Positions 1-13,400 of a stretch of DNA of 64,000 bases are shown here, one piece after another. The translations under genes were made by a program, and so were the position numbers. Where the stretch lies: contig JAPMXV010000049.1 in the NCBI GenBank assembly GCA_026936335.1, positions 62,001 to 126,000 of the forward strand. The letters run 5' to 3'. Position 1 is the first letter of the stretch. Every line of letters begins with the position of its first letter. The notes beneath the pieces were generated by a model. The model saw nothing but the letters and a program-made list of their open reading frames with translations. It searched no databases and was not told the DNA's origin. Source of the stretch: Mantamonas sphyraenae STR306 (Eukaryota; Protista; CRuMs).

Positions 1-1364
1 TTGGCTCCGATTTCCATGCTGAACTGCAGTTCTTTCTGGTTCAACGTGCGGTTCCACACGCGCACGTCGTCCATCAAACCCTGATACACAAGCGCCCCAG
101 TCGACGCCCCAATCGTCAGTTCCGACGGAGAGCCGTAGTCAAGCGTCGCCGCAAGGGCGCGCGAGTTGATCAAGCCCCCGTCCACGTACAGAGACATGGT
201 CTGTCCGTTGTAACCACACGCAACATGGTGCCATGTGCTGTCTGCGTACGATGCTGTGGGCGACTGCAGCCGCTGCAGGCCATGCACCTGCACAAAGAAG
301 ATGCACTCCAGGTAATTGTCAAACAGTCGCACACCCCATCCGTTGCTAGCCCAGCGCAGCAGAAAGTTGTTGCTGCCCACACTGGTCTTGAACCACGCCG
401 AATACATCACTTGCGCGCTCTGAAATGCGCTCGACGCCGCTACGCGCACATAGTTTGTTCCGCTCGCGGGCCACGAAAGTGCGCTCAACGACGGCCTCGG
501 GCCTGTGTGACCCATCCATCACAACACATACGCGTCCCAGTCCATGCAAGACACACGCATGCACACATGCATGTTCACATCGTCCCGTCAACCGCCGCCA
601 TGCGTGTGTGCAGAACGCACGTAAGCGTGTGCCCGTTTTCGCCCCAGCCGGTGTCAGCCTGCTGCCCGTTGAACGCGTTGCCTTTGCCCGCCTCGTGCGC
701 CCTTCTGCATCACCCCCACGCCCATTTCTGCTCCGTGTACACCATGATGCTCGCCAATGCACATCCTCACTGAATGGCCATGCCTACCATGCCCTTCATA
801 CCCCCTCGGGGGTCGTGCAAGGACATGCGTCGTCCTCTTCACACTCTTTGCTCGCGCCAAACACCTACCTTGCAATGTCACTGCCAGTTCGTATGTCCCT
901 GGCGTGTATGATGTATATGTTGCCGTGTATGTTCCGTTACCGTTGTCCACCACAAGGGCCGTGATCGACGCCGGCCCGGCAAACGACACCACAAACGAAT
1001 CTCCACCGACCGAGATGGCGCTGCTCGCGTTGCGCGCCTCAATCATGAACGACCGGTCGTATCCAGCGATGTGGCTGGTCAACCCCTCGCCTGATGCCCT
1101 CGACAGTGCTGCCACTGTGCCTACCGTTGTCGTTTGGTCGATATCTGTGTGTTGCGGTCACGTTTTCAACACCTCCGTCAGCTCGCGTTTTGAACGTTGG
1201 GATCAATCCCGAAACCGTCCCGGCAACAACCCGTCTTCCATACCCTCCCACACACACGCACCCCCCCCCCCTTCCCCCCTCCCCTCCACACACACACACA
1301 TCCACATACACTGCGCATGAGCACACAAGCTCAAGCAGAGCAGAAGTACCGCGACTCGCAGCAT
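1..1364 (-). CDS. Filamin/LamG giant surface protein, paralog A (5' part only; runs off the left edge of the window)
   Basis: Exon 1364-1310 encodes the signal peptide MLRVAVLLLCLSLCAHAQ. Intron 1309-1145 is GTATGT..CAG. Exon 1144-869 is a filamin repeat (ASGEGLTSHIAG..FMIEARN..VVDNGNGTYTATY..PGTYELAVTLQG). Intron 868-503 is GTAGGT..CAG. Exon 502-1, translated by hand, is a LamG domain (AWFKT..WHHVACGYNGQTMSLYVDG..LTIGA..YQGLMDDVRVWNRTL). It is colinear with paralogs B and C. Confidence 0.85.
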
Positions 1365-1415
1365 CTCCGGTTTCTTGTTGGCTGCCACTGCGCCGCCGCA
1401 AGCAACGACACCAGC
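1365..1415. promoter_or_regulatory. Putative bidirectional promoter / shared 5' region between paralogs A and B
   Basis: 51 nt separate two divergent ATGs (1364 on -, 1416 on +), each starting a signal-peptide exon. The function is inferred from position only. Confidence 0.5.
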
Positions 1416-4400
1416 ATGCGCGTGGCCCTTTGTGTTCTCCTTGTGTTTGCTGTTGTGCTCCACGCCCACGGCGAATCTGGTGCGTTCCATCCTCTTCCCC
1501 CCGTTCATGCTCAACGAACCCCCTTTCCCCCCCCCACGGATGGGTGTCTCGTTCCCGCCATCCGCTCCCGCCACACACACTGACAACCCCAGCACCTCGC
1601 CTCACAGTCACCTCACAGGGCACCCAGGCTTCACAGTCTGTTGCCACGGGCTCGGGACTCGCCAGCCACATTGCCGGCTACTTCCAAACCTTCACCATCT
1701 CTGCACGCACCGCCGCCGGCGCTGCCGTCGCATCCGGCACCGACAAGTTTCGAGTTCACCTCCAGTCCAACACAGATGCCACCACCATCACCGGCTCTGT
1801 CGTTGACTTTGCAAACGGCACCTACGCTGTCCGCTACGCCTCCTACAATCCAGGCTCCTTTGCCCTCAACGTCCGTCTCGCAGGTCCGTTCACCTCGCCT
1901 CCCCGCATTTTGCCGTTTCCCGCATCCCCACTCGAACATCCCCCCGTTCCCCTTTCCCCTCGCTCCCTTGCACAACCCCACCCCACCTCCACTCTCCGAT
2001 CGCATTCCCATCCTCCATTCAGCCCCATCTTTGCCACTTGGCCCCCTCCTCTCTTCTGCACGGCTCCACACCAGTCCTCCCTTTCAATCCCTCCCCGACC
2101 TCCTCGCTCTCCCGGTCCCGCAAACCTGCCCCTGTCTCCGATTCACCTCCACGAACCACCCACAGCTCCCGCCCCTTCCCCATCCACTCCCTCCTGCTCA
2201 CCCTTTCATCCCGCATAACGCGTCCTGCAAATCTCTGCCCGCCTCGCCCCGCCAACCACAGGTCCGGCCCCGTCGCCAAACTCTATCCTCTTTGGTAACG
2301 GCAACAACTACATCGAGCTCGGCAACGCTCCTATCCTCAAACCCACCCAGTACACCGTCCAGACCTACTTCAAGACCTCCTCCACTGCCAACGAGGTCCT
2401 CTTTCGCTGGCACGACAACGGCTACGGCATCCGCATCGAGAACGGCGTCCCCCAGTGCCTCCTCTGGCTCAGCAGTGGCTTCCAGCAACTTTCCGCAACA
2501 GGAACTTCCTATGCAGACAACAAGTGGCACCATATCGCCTGCACCTTTGATGGCACCCTCCTCGTCATCTACATGGACGGCGCAAAGGTCAACCGCCAAA
2601 CTGCCGTCGGCTCCATCAGCTACTCCAATCCATCCGGCGCACAGATTGGTGCGAGCTCAAACACCCTTCATTATCACGGCTCCCTCGACGACGTGCGCGT
2701 CTACAACCATTCCCGCTCCCAGAGCCAAATCCAGGACTCCATCCTCCAGGCCGCAACTCCCACCGACTTTGGCCTCCTTGCAAACTGGAACTTTGACAGC
2801 CGCGACCCGGCCGCCTCTTCGGTCGTCATCGACCTCGCCGGCAATGTCAACGGCACCCTCACAGGCGACTTTCCTCTACCAGACAGACACTCCCGATCAG
2901 GACTTTGCCACTCCCCTCCACATCAGTGGCTCCCCGTTTGCTCTCACCGTGAGCGCACAACCCACCACTGTCTACGGTCCCGACCTCCTCCGCACCACGC
3001 CGGGCCTCAACCGTCGCTTCACAATCCAGGCCACAGACAGCTTCGGCGCAAACAAGACCCTCGGCGGTGACCTCTTTACCGTCACCCTCGTGCCCATACG
3101 CCATGCTGCCACAAACATCACCGCCACAGTCACAGACCTCGCCAACGGCACCTATGCTGTCTCCTACGATGCCACAAACCGCGCCGTGTTTGAAACTTCC
3201 GTGCGCCGAGTCGGCCCTTCCGAGAATCGCTTTGCCCTCGCCTTTGACGGCACCTCCAGCTACGTCTGGCTCGGCTATGCCCAGGCCATGCAGGTCGGCG
3301 CTGTTTCTATCCAGGCCTGGTTCCGATCCTCCTCCACAAGCTCCAAGGCCACAATCCTTGCTTGGTACAAGAACGGCTACCGCGTCCACCTCAACCAGGG
3401 CAAGGTCACCTTTGTCCTTTACGACGAGCTCAGCGCGCCCCAGACCCTCGCCACAACTGCTACCTACAACGACAATGCCTGGCACCAACTCGTTTGTACA
3501 TTTTCAGGTTCCCAGCAGCACATCTACATCGACGGCTCCCTTGCTGCCTCTCGCACAGCCACCTTCAATGTCATCTACTTCCCCAATGCCGGCGCAACCA
3601 TCGGCCGCCTCGAGGACACCCTCGACCACGCCTACTTTGCTGGCTACATCGACGAACTCGCCATCTGGAGCTACGCTCGCACAGCCAGCCAGGTTGCACA
3701 GACCTACAACACACAGCTCAAGGGCGACGAACAAGGCCTCATCGCCTACTGGAACATGGACGAAGGCTCCGGCTCTATCCTCCAGGACATTGGACCTAAT
3801 TCCATTCGCGGCACCATCAACGCCGCCACGTTTGACAGCAACACCACAACCCTCCTTATCTTCAACCCCCCCGGTGTTGCTGGTTCTCCCTTCACCACCA
3901 TGCTCAACTTTCCCACAAACGGCAGCCTCTCCACCATTTCTCCAGGCGCAGGCGTGGCTGGCCTCTACAGTTTCGCCTCCATCCAGGCCATCGACATCGG
4001 CGCAGTCGCACGCGATTACGGCGGCGACTCCTTCTCTGCCACTCTTGTCGGTCCCGCTGGCTCCGTGCCCATTGCCATCTTTGACAACGACAACGGCACC
4101 TATGCCCTCCGCTACAACGCCACCGTTGCAGGCTCCTATTCCCTCTCAGCCACCCTCCAGAGCGACGGCAACACCCTCGCCAACTCCCCGGCCTCCGTCA
4201 CCGTCCATCCCAACGTCGCTTCGCCGCGCTCCCTCCTCTACGCCGTCGGACAGCTTGCTAGCCAGGCCGGCGCCACAAACGCCGTCCTTCGCGTACAGGG
4301 AATCGATGCCTTTGGCAACAACCGCACAACCGGCGGCGATTCGTTTGCCGTTCTCTTTGCCCGCAACGGCGCTTCCGTCACAGTTGCCCACTCGCTTCAA

Positions 4401-7400
4401 CACCAGGCCAACGGCATGTGGCTACTTTCATTCAACGCCACCCTCGCAGGCTCCTATGCTGTCGATGTGCGTGTCGCTGGCCAGTCGATCGCTTCCAGCC
4501 CGTTTGCTGGCATCCAGGTCACCCCTGCTGCCACGCATGCGCCCACAAGCACGGTCTTTGCCCCAGGTCTCTACAATACCGTCGCCGGACAGCTGTTCAA
4601 TGTGTCCTTTGGTGCACGCGACGCCTTTGGCAACGCACGCACTGTCGGAGGCGATCCGTGGAGCGTCACCCTTGTCGGCGCCCTCTCCACCAGCCCAGCC
4701 CTCCAGGTCCTCGACCTCGGCAACGGCAACTACACGGGCATCTTCCGTCCCTTGGCCGTCGACACGTACACCTTCCGTGCCACCCTCAATGGCGTCACCC
4801 TTGCCTCCGGAGGTGTTGTGCGCACCCAGCTCGCAGCAGCTCCCTTTGACGTTACTCAGGGTCTCCTCACAGGTCTGGGCGACGCAGTCACATTTGTGGC
4901 AGGCGTTCAGGGCTCGTTTGCCCTGCAGGGACGCGACGCCTTTGGTAACCCTGTCACCGGCGCCTCCGCAGCGTACACGATCTACATCCCCGATTCTACG
5001 TTTGCCAATCAGACAGGCACCTTTGCATTTGGTTCCCTCGGCGTCAACGTTGCCCTCAACAGGGCTTCCAACTACTCGGTGCAAGCCACGCTCAATGGCG
5101 TGCCTGCAGCCAACAGCCCGCAGCTCCTGCGAGTTGTCCCTGCGTCCGTCCATGCCCCATCCTGCTTCGCCTATGGGCCGGGCGTCACCATCAGCCAGAC
5201 TGGTGGCTCAGACACCTTCACCATCCAGAGTGCCGACCAATTTGGCAACAACCGCACCCTCGGCGGCGATCTGTTTGCCATCAATGTCATCGACGCCCAG
5301 AACGCTTCCGTCAGTGTGGCCACGGGCTCTCTCACAGATCTGGCCAACGGACGTTACAGCGCAAGCTACAACGTCACCCAGAGCGGCACCTACAACGTTT
5401 CCGTGACCCTTGCCGGCGTACACATTGCCGGCAGCCCGTTTGTCGTTTCTGTGGTGGCTTTCGTGCCCGATCCCACTCTGTCGTCCATTTCGGGCTTCAA
5501 CACATCCCTGCTTGCTGGCCAAGGCGACGCCTTTTCCATGGATGTCTTTGACGCATTCGGCAACCGCGACGACCAGGCCGAGCTGTTCACAGTCCGGTAC
5601 ACTCGCGTGCTGCCTTTCGGCCAGCCCTTCTCCGGCACTGGCTCTGCCGTCTTTCAGGGCAATGGCCGCTACGCTGTGAGCCTGAACGTGACCCAGAGTG
5701 GTACATTCACCGTTTCGGTGCGCTTCCAAGACTCACTGCACGTCAGCGGCTCTCCTTACACCTTGCAGGTGCTACCGCTCGGCATCGTCTCTGGCTCTGC
5801 CTCCATTGCAGTCAATGTGCCTGCGTCAGTCGTCGCTGCCAACGATGTGCACTTTGATGTCCTCCAACGCGATGTGTATGGCAACAACGTCACCGTGGCG
5901 GCCGCACAGGGCAATCTCGTTGTCAGTGTGCAGCGCCTCGGCGACGGCGGCGTCGTAAACGCCACGCACACAGCACAAGGCACAGGGTACAACGTTGTAT
6001 GGAGCAGCACCGTGAGTGGCACGTACAACGTGGCGCTGACGCTCTTTGGCCAATCGCTGGTCAACTCGCCGCTGCAGACAGTGCTGCTGCCGCAGCCGAC
6101 CACACAGTACAACAAGTCGGTCGTGGCCATGGCCAGCCCTGTGCGTGCTGGTGTGCAACTCCTGCGTGTGCGCAGTGCAGACCAGTACGGCAACTTCCGC
6201 TCCGTCGGTGGAGACTCGTACACCCTGGGCGTGACCAGCGCAGCTCTGGGCCCCTCCGGACTTGTTTTTGCCACGGGTAGCAACCTGACGGATCTGGGCA
6301 CAGGCGCGTACGAAGCAAGTACCAATCTGACCCTTGTGGGCACCTACACGCTCACCGCACGCGGCGGCCTGGCCCAAACGGAGCTTGGCAACTCGCCCTT
6401 TGCCTTGACCGTGCTGCCCAACGTCATCACTGCCGCACGCTCGTCTGTCAATGCGTCTACGCTGCCCACCACAGTGGCCGCCTCAGACCGGCTGACAGTT
6501 CAGCTGCAGGCACGCGACGAGTTTGGCAACGACCTCACATCTGGCGGCGACGACGCGCTCGTCTCCGTGCAAACCGTGCACGTGGCCACCTCCACAGTGC
6601 AGACAAACACTTCGTACCCGGCCTCGATTGATCTCGCCTCTGGCAAGTACACTCTGCAGTTTCCTGCACGCATCGCCGGCGCCACGCAGCTGTGGGTCCG
6701 CATCGGCTCCCTGCACGTCGCAGGCTCTCCGTACGCTTTCAATGTGGTTGCAGCGACCCCTTCGGCTGCCCAGTGTGCTCTTCTGTCCCCTGCATCCCCC
6801 GCTGTTGCTGGCCAATCAGTCCACGTGGTTGTCCTTGCTCGCGACACCTTTGGCAACAATGCCACAGCTGCCGCGAACACCTTTGCGCTGTACGCGAGTG
6901 CAGTCAACGCCACCGGAGCCACACAGCTCGTGTCGTCCATCGCACTCACGGTCTCGGCCGACGCAGCGACGTACGCCTTCAATGCTACCCTTGCAGGCAC
7001 GTACACATTGAGCGCGCGTGTCCAAGCCACAGGAACATCTGTGCCAGGTACGCAGCAGGTGGTAATTGTGCCTGCTGATGCTGTGGCTGCCACGTCCACA
7101 GTTGCAGGCGCCGGTGGCCTCACATCCTGGAACGCCGGCGCCACAGCCACCGTCTACGTGCAACTGCGCGATCAGTACGGTAACCGCGTGTCCCAGCCGG
7201 GTGTCGTTACCTTTGCCACCACAAACATGGTGTCTTCCGACGTCACATACGACTCAGCCGTCGGGCCCGCGGCCATCCGCTTCGTCATCCAGCAATCTGG
7301 CTCCTACCAGCTGGCCGTCCGTGTGGCAGGTGCCCTCGTGGCTCCCAACTATGACTTTTCTGTGCTTCCGCTGACTCAGGTGCGCTCCGTGGCCTTCTCT

Positions 7401-10400
7401 GGCACACCCGGCCCGTTCAACGCCGGTGCTCCTGGATCCGCCTCCTTTGTGGCTCGCGATCTGTATGGCAACACGATGTCCGGTAATACGGGCGCATCTG
7501 CCCTCGTGGCAGAGTTTGTCTCGCTCCCGACAAACGCATCTCTTGCGTTTGGTGGCTCCGATGGCGTCTACATCGTCAACTTCACAGCGACCACTGCAGG
7601 CACGCACACCCTGCGTGTCCGTTCCACAGAACTCTCCCAGGTTCTTCCCACGCCTGTGAACGTGCAGATCAACCCGCTTGGCGGCGTCGCCAACCTGACC
7701 ACGGCCGCTGGTGCCGGCTTGGCCAACGTCGGCGTCGCACAGGCGTCTACGTTTTCGGTCACCGTGCGTGACATTTTCGGCAACACGCCCACAGCCTCGC
7801 CCACCACCGACCAGGTCACCGTCACCTTCCACCCTGCAGCAAGCGTCGCGTCGAGCTCTGTCTCCGCGGCTGGCAACAGCGTGTACACAGTGGCCTACAA
7901 CGCGACGGTGACGGGCGAACTGGCTATCAGTGTGTTTGTGGCTGGCGAGCGCATCAACAACGACGCCCCCTTCACTGTACAGGTGCTCGGCGTGGCCGAG
8001 ACCTTTGCCGGTGCTAGCCACATCGTGAGCAACAGCTCTCTCGTGGCGGGCGAGGACGCACAGTTTGTCGTGCAGTCTCGCGACGTGTTTGGCAACCGAG
8101 TCAATGTGACCACAGATGCGTACCAGCTGTCGGTGCCCGCGCTGTCCCTGTTGGCCAATAGCACCTATGTGCTTGGAAGCAACGGACAACACCGCCTCGC
8201 TTTTACCACAACCAAGGCGGGCACCTTTGCAGCCTCCATCCGTCTGGCCGGCGTCGCCGATGTCCAAGGCTCGCCCTTCTCCTTGCAGATTCTGCCTGCG
8301 CAAGCAAATGCAGCAGCTTGCAACGTCGTCAGCGCCCCTGCTTCCGTGCAGGCAAACCAGAGCGTAAACGTGCATGTGCTGCTCCAGTCGCGCGACGAGT
8401 ACCTCAACCTGCGCACACACACAGTGGCGGATGTCTTTGGGGTTTCTCTCTCGCTGGCAGGCGCCGTTGTGCAGCAGAGCACAGCCACGCCGGCCATCGC
8501 CGACCAGGGACGCTACAGCTGGAGTACGGCCCTGACTCGCACAGGTACCTACAGCCTGGCCCTTGCTCTGGACAACACCACGCCCATTGCAGGCTCGCCC
8601 CTCACCATTGTCGTGACACCGGGTCCTCGCAATGTCGCCCGCACCTCTGTTTCCGGAGCTGCCTTGACACAGGATCTGCAAGCAGGGCTGGCCAACGACC
8701 TTGCCCTCCAGTTTGTGGATGTGTACAACAATTCCGATACCACCGCTACGGGTCTGACGGCTTCCATCAATGTCACGCTGAGCGGCTCCGCCTCACAAGG
8801 CGCAACCGTGCTCGTCACCGAGACCGGAGCCGGAGCGTACCGCGTGCGAATTACCCCGCTCATCACAGGTGATCTTCGCCTCCGTATCAACATCGACAAC
8901 ACAGACGTGCATGGTTTCGCTGCGCCGGGCTACGCAGTCACTGTGGCTGCAGGCAACCGCGTGCCCGTGCAAACCCTTCGCTTTTCAGACGACGGCGTGC
9001 GCCTCCTCGCTGTGTTCAGCACAGCCACAGACATGACGGGTCTCGCCACCAATGTCTACACTTCATGCGACGCAGTGTTTACCGCCACCTCTGTGCAGAC
9101 GCTGGGGTTGGACGCACGCTGCGTGTTTGAGTCTCCCCAACTCCTCGTTGTACGCCTTGGTTCTGCCTTTGCCGTGCGCACAGGCGCCCAGCTCGCCTTC
9201 AAGGCGGCTGGCCTCGGTTTGGCCAACGATAACCGCACGCTGGAGCTGACCACAACCACTGTGCTTGGCCCGCAAAACAGCCCCACACCCGTCGTGTCTG
9301 TCGTGCTTCCGGCAACCCTTGGCAAATGCGACGGCCTGCGTGCCATTGCAACGGTCGCTGCAGGCACTGCTCCCGTGCAGGGCTTCCACTGGACAGTTTC
9401 CTCGACCGACGCAACACCTTCCGAACAAATGGCCGCCGCATCTGCCGTAGCCGTCGCAAACGCACAGGCTTCGGCTGCTGGAGTGCTCGTTCTCTCCGCC
9501 GCCGACCTCGCTGCAAACCGCACCTGGACTGTCGCCGTGCATGTGACCAACATTTTCGGCCAGAACAGCAGCCTCGCCTCTGCTCAGGTGGCAAAGTCGG
9601 CCTTGGACACCCCGGGTATCCTCGTGGCCGGTGGTCTCAACCAGACCGTGCGTATGAGCAGCGACCTCACTCTCGCAGCATCGGCGTCTGTCTTTCAGTG
9701 TTCCGGTGCCTCTGTGTCAGCCGTCACCTACGCCTGGCAAAGCCTGTCTGGCCTCACCCTCGACCAGCGCACCGCTGCCACCCAGACCCTGCACGTGCCG
9801 GCCTCGACGTGGACCCATCCGGGTGCCCAGTTCCACTTTCGCCTGCGCGTCACTGCCGCCGGAGTGTCCAGCTCTGTCGATGTGCATGTCTCCGTCGAAG
9901 CCGATCCACTCGTGGCCGTCATCGCAGGTGGCAGCGCACGTCGACTCAGCGCTGCTCTGCCATTTGGCCTCAACGCCACCGGCAGCAACCCAGTGGCTCT
10001 GTCTGGCTTCTCCTACGCCTGGTCCTGTGTAAACATCTCCACGCTGCCAGGTACCGCCTGTGTGTCGAACGGCTCCCAGCTTGTGTTGCCGTCCGTCCCA
10101 GCCCTGACCAGCATCCTCCTGGACTCGCCCGGTCTCTTCCGCTTCACCGTCCAGGTTTCTGCGTACGCACAGACCAGCACGGCCTCGGTTGAGCTCACGA
10201 TGACCGAGGCGGCTGCAACAGGTGCCGCCGCAACGCCCATCGTGCTTGTGGACACCGCCTCCTTGGTGGTCAACACGGCAGATCGCCTCGTATTGCACGC
10301 CAGCTATGACCCACAGGCTCCTGCCGTCGTCAGCTGGCTGTGGAGTGTTGACCTGGCTTCCACTCACCTCGACCTGCGCTCCTCCGACGTGGTCAGCACA

Positions 10401-13400
10401 GCCAACACAGCGGCCACTCTTGTCATCTTTGGCGACCGCCTTGTTCCGGGCCAAACCTACGTGTTCACCGTCAACGGTACCACCGCCACGGGTACTTGGG
10501 CCACCGCCTCAATGCGCATCGCTGCGAACCAAGCACCGAACGGAGGCGCTCTCAGTCTGGCTCCTGCCAACGGCACAGCCCTCGACACACAGTTCACCCT
10601 TGCAGCCCCGGGATGGGTCGATGCTGAGCAACACTACCCTCTGCAGTTCCAGTTCTTCCGCACAGCCGTGCACGCGGACGGCACGTCGACGGCCGTTCCC
10701 CTCGGACCCCCCTCCACCCAAACGGTGCTCACCACACAGCTGCCCCTCGGCGACGCAAGCGCAAACGGTGCCCTTCAGCTCCACGTGCGCGTGTACGACG
10801 CCCGGGGTGCATATTCTACCGCATCCGTCACTGCCTATGTCACAGGCAACGCTCAGGCCGGTGATCTCACCACCGACATTGCCTCCTTGCAACAGCTCGC
10901 CACTCTGGGTGACTGTGAAGCAGCCAAGCGCCTTGCCGGCGCCCTCATCGAGCGCATGAACGAACAGGTGGCCCTGGGCATCGGCTCGGCGGACAGCAGG
11001 CGCACGTGGCGCCAGCAGGTGCTCACCATTGCCCTGCAGTGCTTCAACGCAACTCACATCGACAAGTTTACCGTCCATGCCCAACTGCTCTCATTCAGGG
11101 AGCTTGTGCGCGTCAGCGGCGAGGTCGTCAACAACGACACCCGCCCGCTGCTCGCACACGTCTCGGACGTACTCTCGCGTGTGGGTTCGCTGTTGCCCGA
11201 GTCCGCCTCAACCGCGACCACCCTTGTCACCCAGGTCATGACTCTCAGCAACTGGACACAGAACCCGCAGGCCTACGCAAGTGTGTTCACCGACGCACGC
11301 GCTGCCATCCATCGCCTGGGCTTCCTCCTCCTTGACGGCGTCCAGTGCGGCGAACAACCCGTCAGCGCCGGCCAGGGAGGTCTGCTCCTCAAGAGCACAC
11401 GCCAGCCACCCAGCACGTGGGTGTCCAGTGTCGTCGACGTCGGCACAACCTCCTTTGGCTTGCCCAACTCTGTCTTTTCCCAAATCACAGGCTCCCTGCC
11501 CTGTGTCGACGGTCTCCTGGTAAGCTGGGACACAAACCCGTTCGCCTACGACGCACAGTCTGCCTCCATTGCCAGCAACGTCTCTTCCTTCAGCATGCTC
11601 GACGCATCGGGCTCGCCACTCGTCGTCTCGGACCTGCTCGAGCCTCTCAACATGACCTACCGCTTGCCTGTCGTTGTGTCCGACACCCAGACCGCCACCT
11701 GCGAGTTCTGGAAGCCCCTCGCCAGCGGCAGCTCAAGTGGTGAGTGGAGCCGCTCGGGCTGTTCCCTCAAAAGCGTCACCGGCTCCGTGGTTGTCTGCGA
11801 GTGCAACCACCTCACAGACTTTGGCCTGCGCCTCACCGAAAGTCCGCCCAACATCGACGTCAAGGTCGTGTTTGAGGGGCCCTTGCAGATGCCCGTGCCA
11901 GTCATGTGTGTGGTTGTCTTTGCATCGGTGCCGGTCGTCACCGCCTTTCTGTGGTTCCTCATCCACCTTGCTGTGCTGTTTATCGTCCGCAAGCGCGACG
12001 ACACCACCAAGAGCGAGCGTGGCAAGCAGGGATACGAAGCAGACAACCAAGACAACATGCTGCTCGGCAAGGACTCCACCGTCATCAACCACCGCTACAT
12101 GCGCCGCCGCCCCAAGCAGCCCTCCTTTGCCGTCGAGTTTAAGGAGACCATGTGGTACCACCACGCCTTGCTCTCCATGCTCCAGCGCCTCAACAGCCGC
12201 GTCTCGGACACATACACCGAGTTCCAACGCGAGCATGTCGCCACCGTGGTTCTGTTCAGCATCATGGCCGCCGAATCGTACCTGCTGGACTCCCAGGAGG
12301 TCCAATGGTTCAGCACCTCGGGTGCCGTCCAGGCTGCCTCGGTTGGCCTCTTCTTCTCCCTCTTCTTTTCGCTCTTCTTCCAAAAGATCGGAACCGTGCC
12401 CTCCAAGGCCGCTCTTGCCAAGATGAACCTCTTTGAAAAGCTGGATGGCGTGTGGCTCAGTCAAGCTGGATGCGACCGCTGTACGTGCTGTGCTACCTGT
12501 ACCTGGCCACCTGCGCCTTTATCACCTTTTGGTACAGTCGCTGCTTCACAGAATCCATGGGCTGGAGTGCGTGGTTCGGAACGTGCTTTGCCGCCTATGG
12601 CTTCTTCATCTTGGTGCAGGAGATGATCAAGGTGCTTCTGATTACCCTCTGGCGCCGACGCGCACGCAAGGAGCGCCGCGAGCGCACCGAAGAGCTGCAA
12701 CTGCGTGATCAAGCACGAGTCGACGCTGCACGCTCCCAGCAGCAGGGAGAGGACAACGACAACGGCGATGAGGGCCAAGGTGTGGACTTTGCCCCTCCTG
12801 GATCCTCCAGCAAGCCGCAACGAGACAACAACGGCTTCAGCCGCTTGGATGAAGACGACGAGGAGCACGACGGCCTGTTTGGCATCCAAGTGGACGAAAA
12901 TGACGAAGAAGCTGGCACACATGGACGCTCGGGAATGCCTCGCCTCAACGCAGACCGCTACACCGAACAAGACGAAGGCGAGTGGCTCGACGAGGATCTG
13001 GTCGTGCTCCAAGGTCTGCAAGACTCTGAAATGGGTCAAATGATTCCCAACAGCGCACGCAGCGTCGATTTGGCCTTCACCATGAGCGATGAGCTGCCCG
13101 ACGTGCAAACGTACAGCGAACCGAAGAAGCGCAAGAAGCAGGCATCGCAGCAGGCGGTCGTCGTCGAGGGCATGGAAGCGGCTGTGGCAGGGAAGGAAGA
13201 GGCGCAAGCAAGCAGGGCCGATGAAGACAATGACGCTCCAGTGGGCATGGACTCGCTCATGGAGCAGTTTGCCTCCCCCGAGGCCGCGCAGGCTCGTGCC
13301 CAGGCCAGGCTTCAGCACGAGGCCCAGACCGAAGAAGACGACAACTCCAATGCCGACGATGACCTGTCCTTGCTGCCCCTGTCGTCCCTGACCCGACCCC

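Noticed and set aside
1881-2266. CAGGTCCG direct repeat at both ends of intron 2 of receptor B as an introner or transposon target-site duplication
   Set aside because: It is mostly the CAG|GT splice consensus. The intron position is shared by three divergent paralogs and is therefore old, and no terminal inverted repeats or second copy are visible.
1641-2860. Pro/Ser-rich N-terminus of the 3661-aa ORF as real protein
   Set aside because: It is the wrong frame plus a C-rich intron. The real coding frames here encode filamin repeat 1 and LamG1.
3067-5406. Long overlapping alternative-frame and antisense ORFs (for example 3067-5406, 7254-8681, 21436-23223 and the 5' part of 56210-57931) as overlapping genes
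   Set aside because: Such shadow ORFs are expected in GC-rich, codon-biased DNA. Their translations are low-complexity and contain no motifs.
2900-8900. Recurrent GACGCCTTTGGCAAC-like words as a CRISPR array or DNA repeat element
   Set aside because: They are degenerate, in frame and ~300 nt apart, and encode the DxFGN motif of filamin repeats. The context is eukaryotic with no cas genes.
11700-12660. GPS-containing proteins as adhesion GPCRs
   Set aside because: Only about five hydrophobic segments are present and they carry PKD1-type signatures, with no 7-TM secretin-like pattern.
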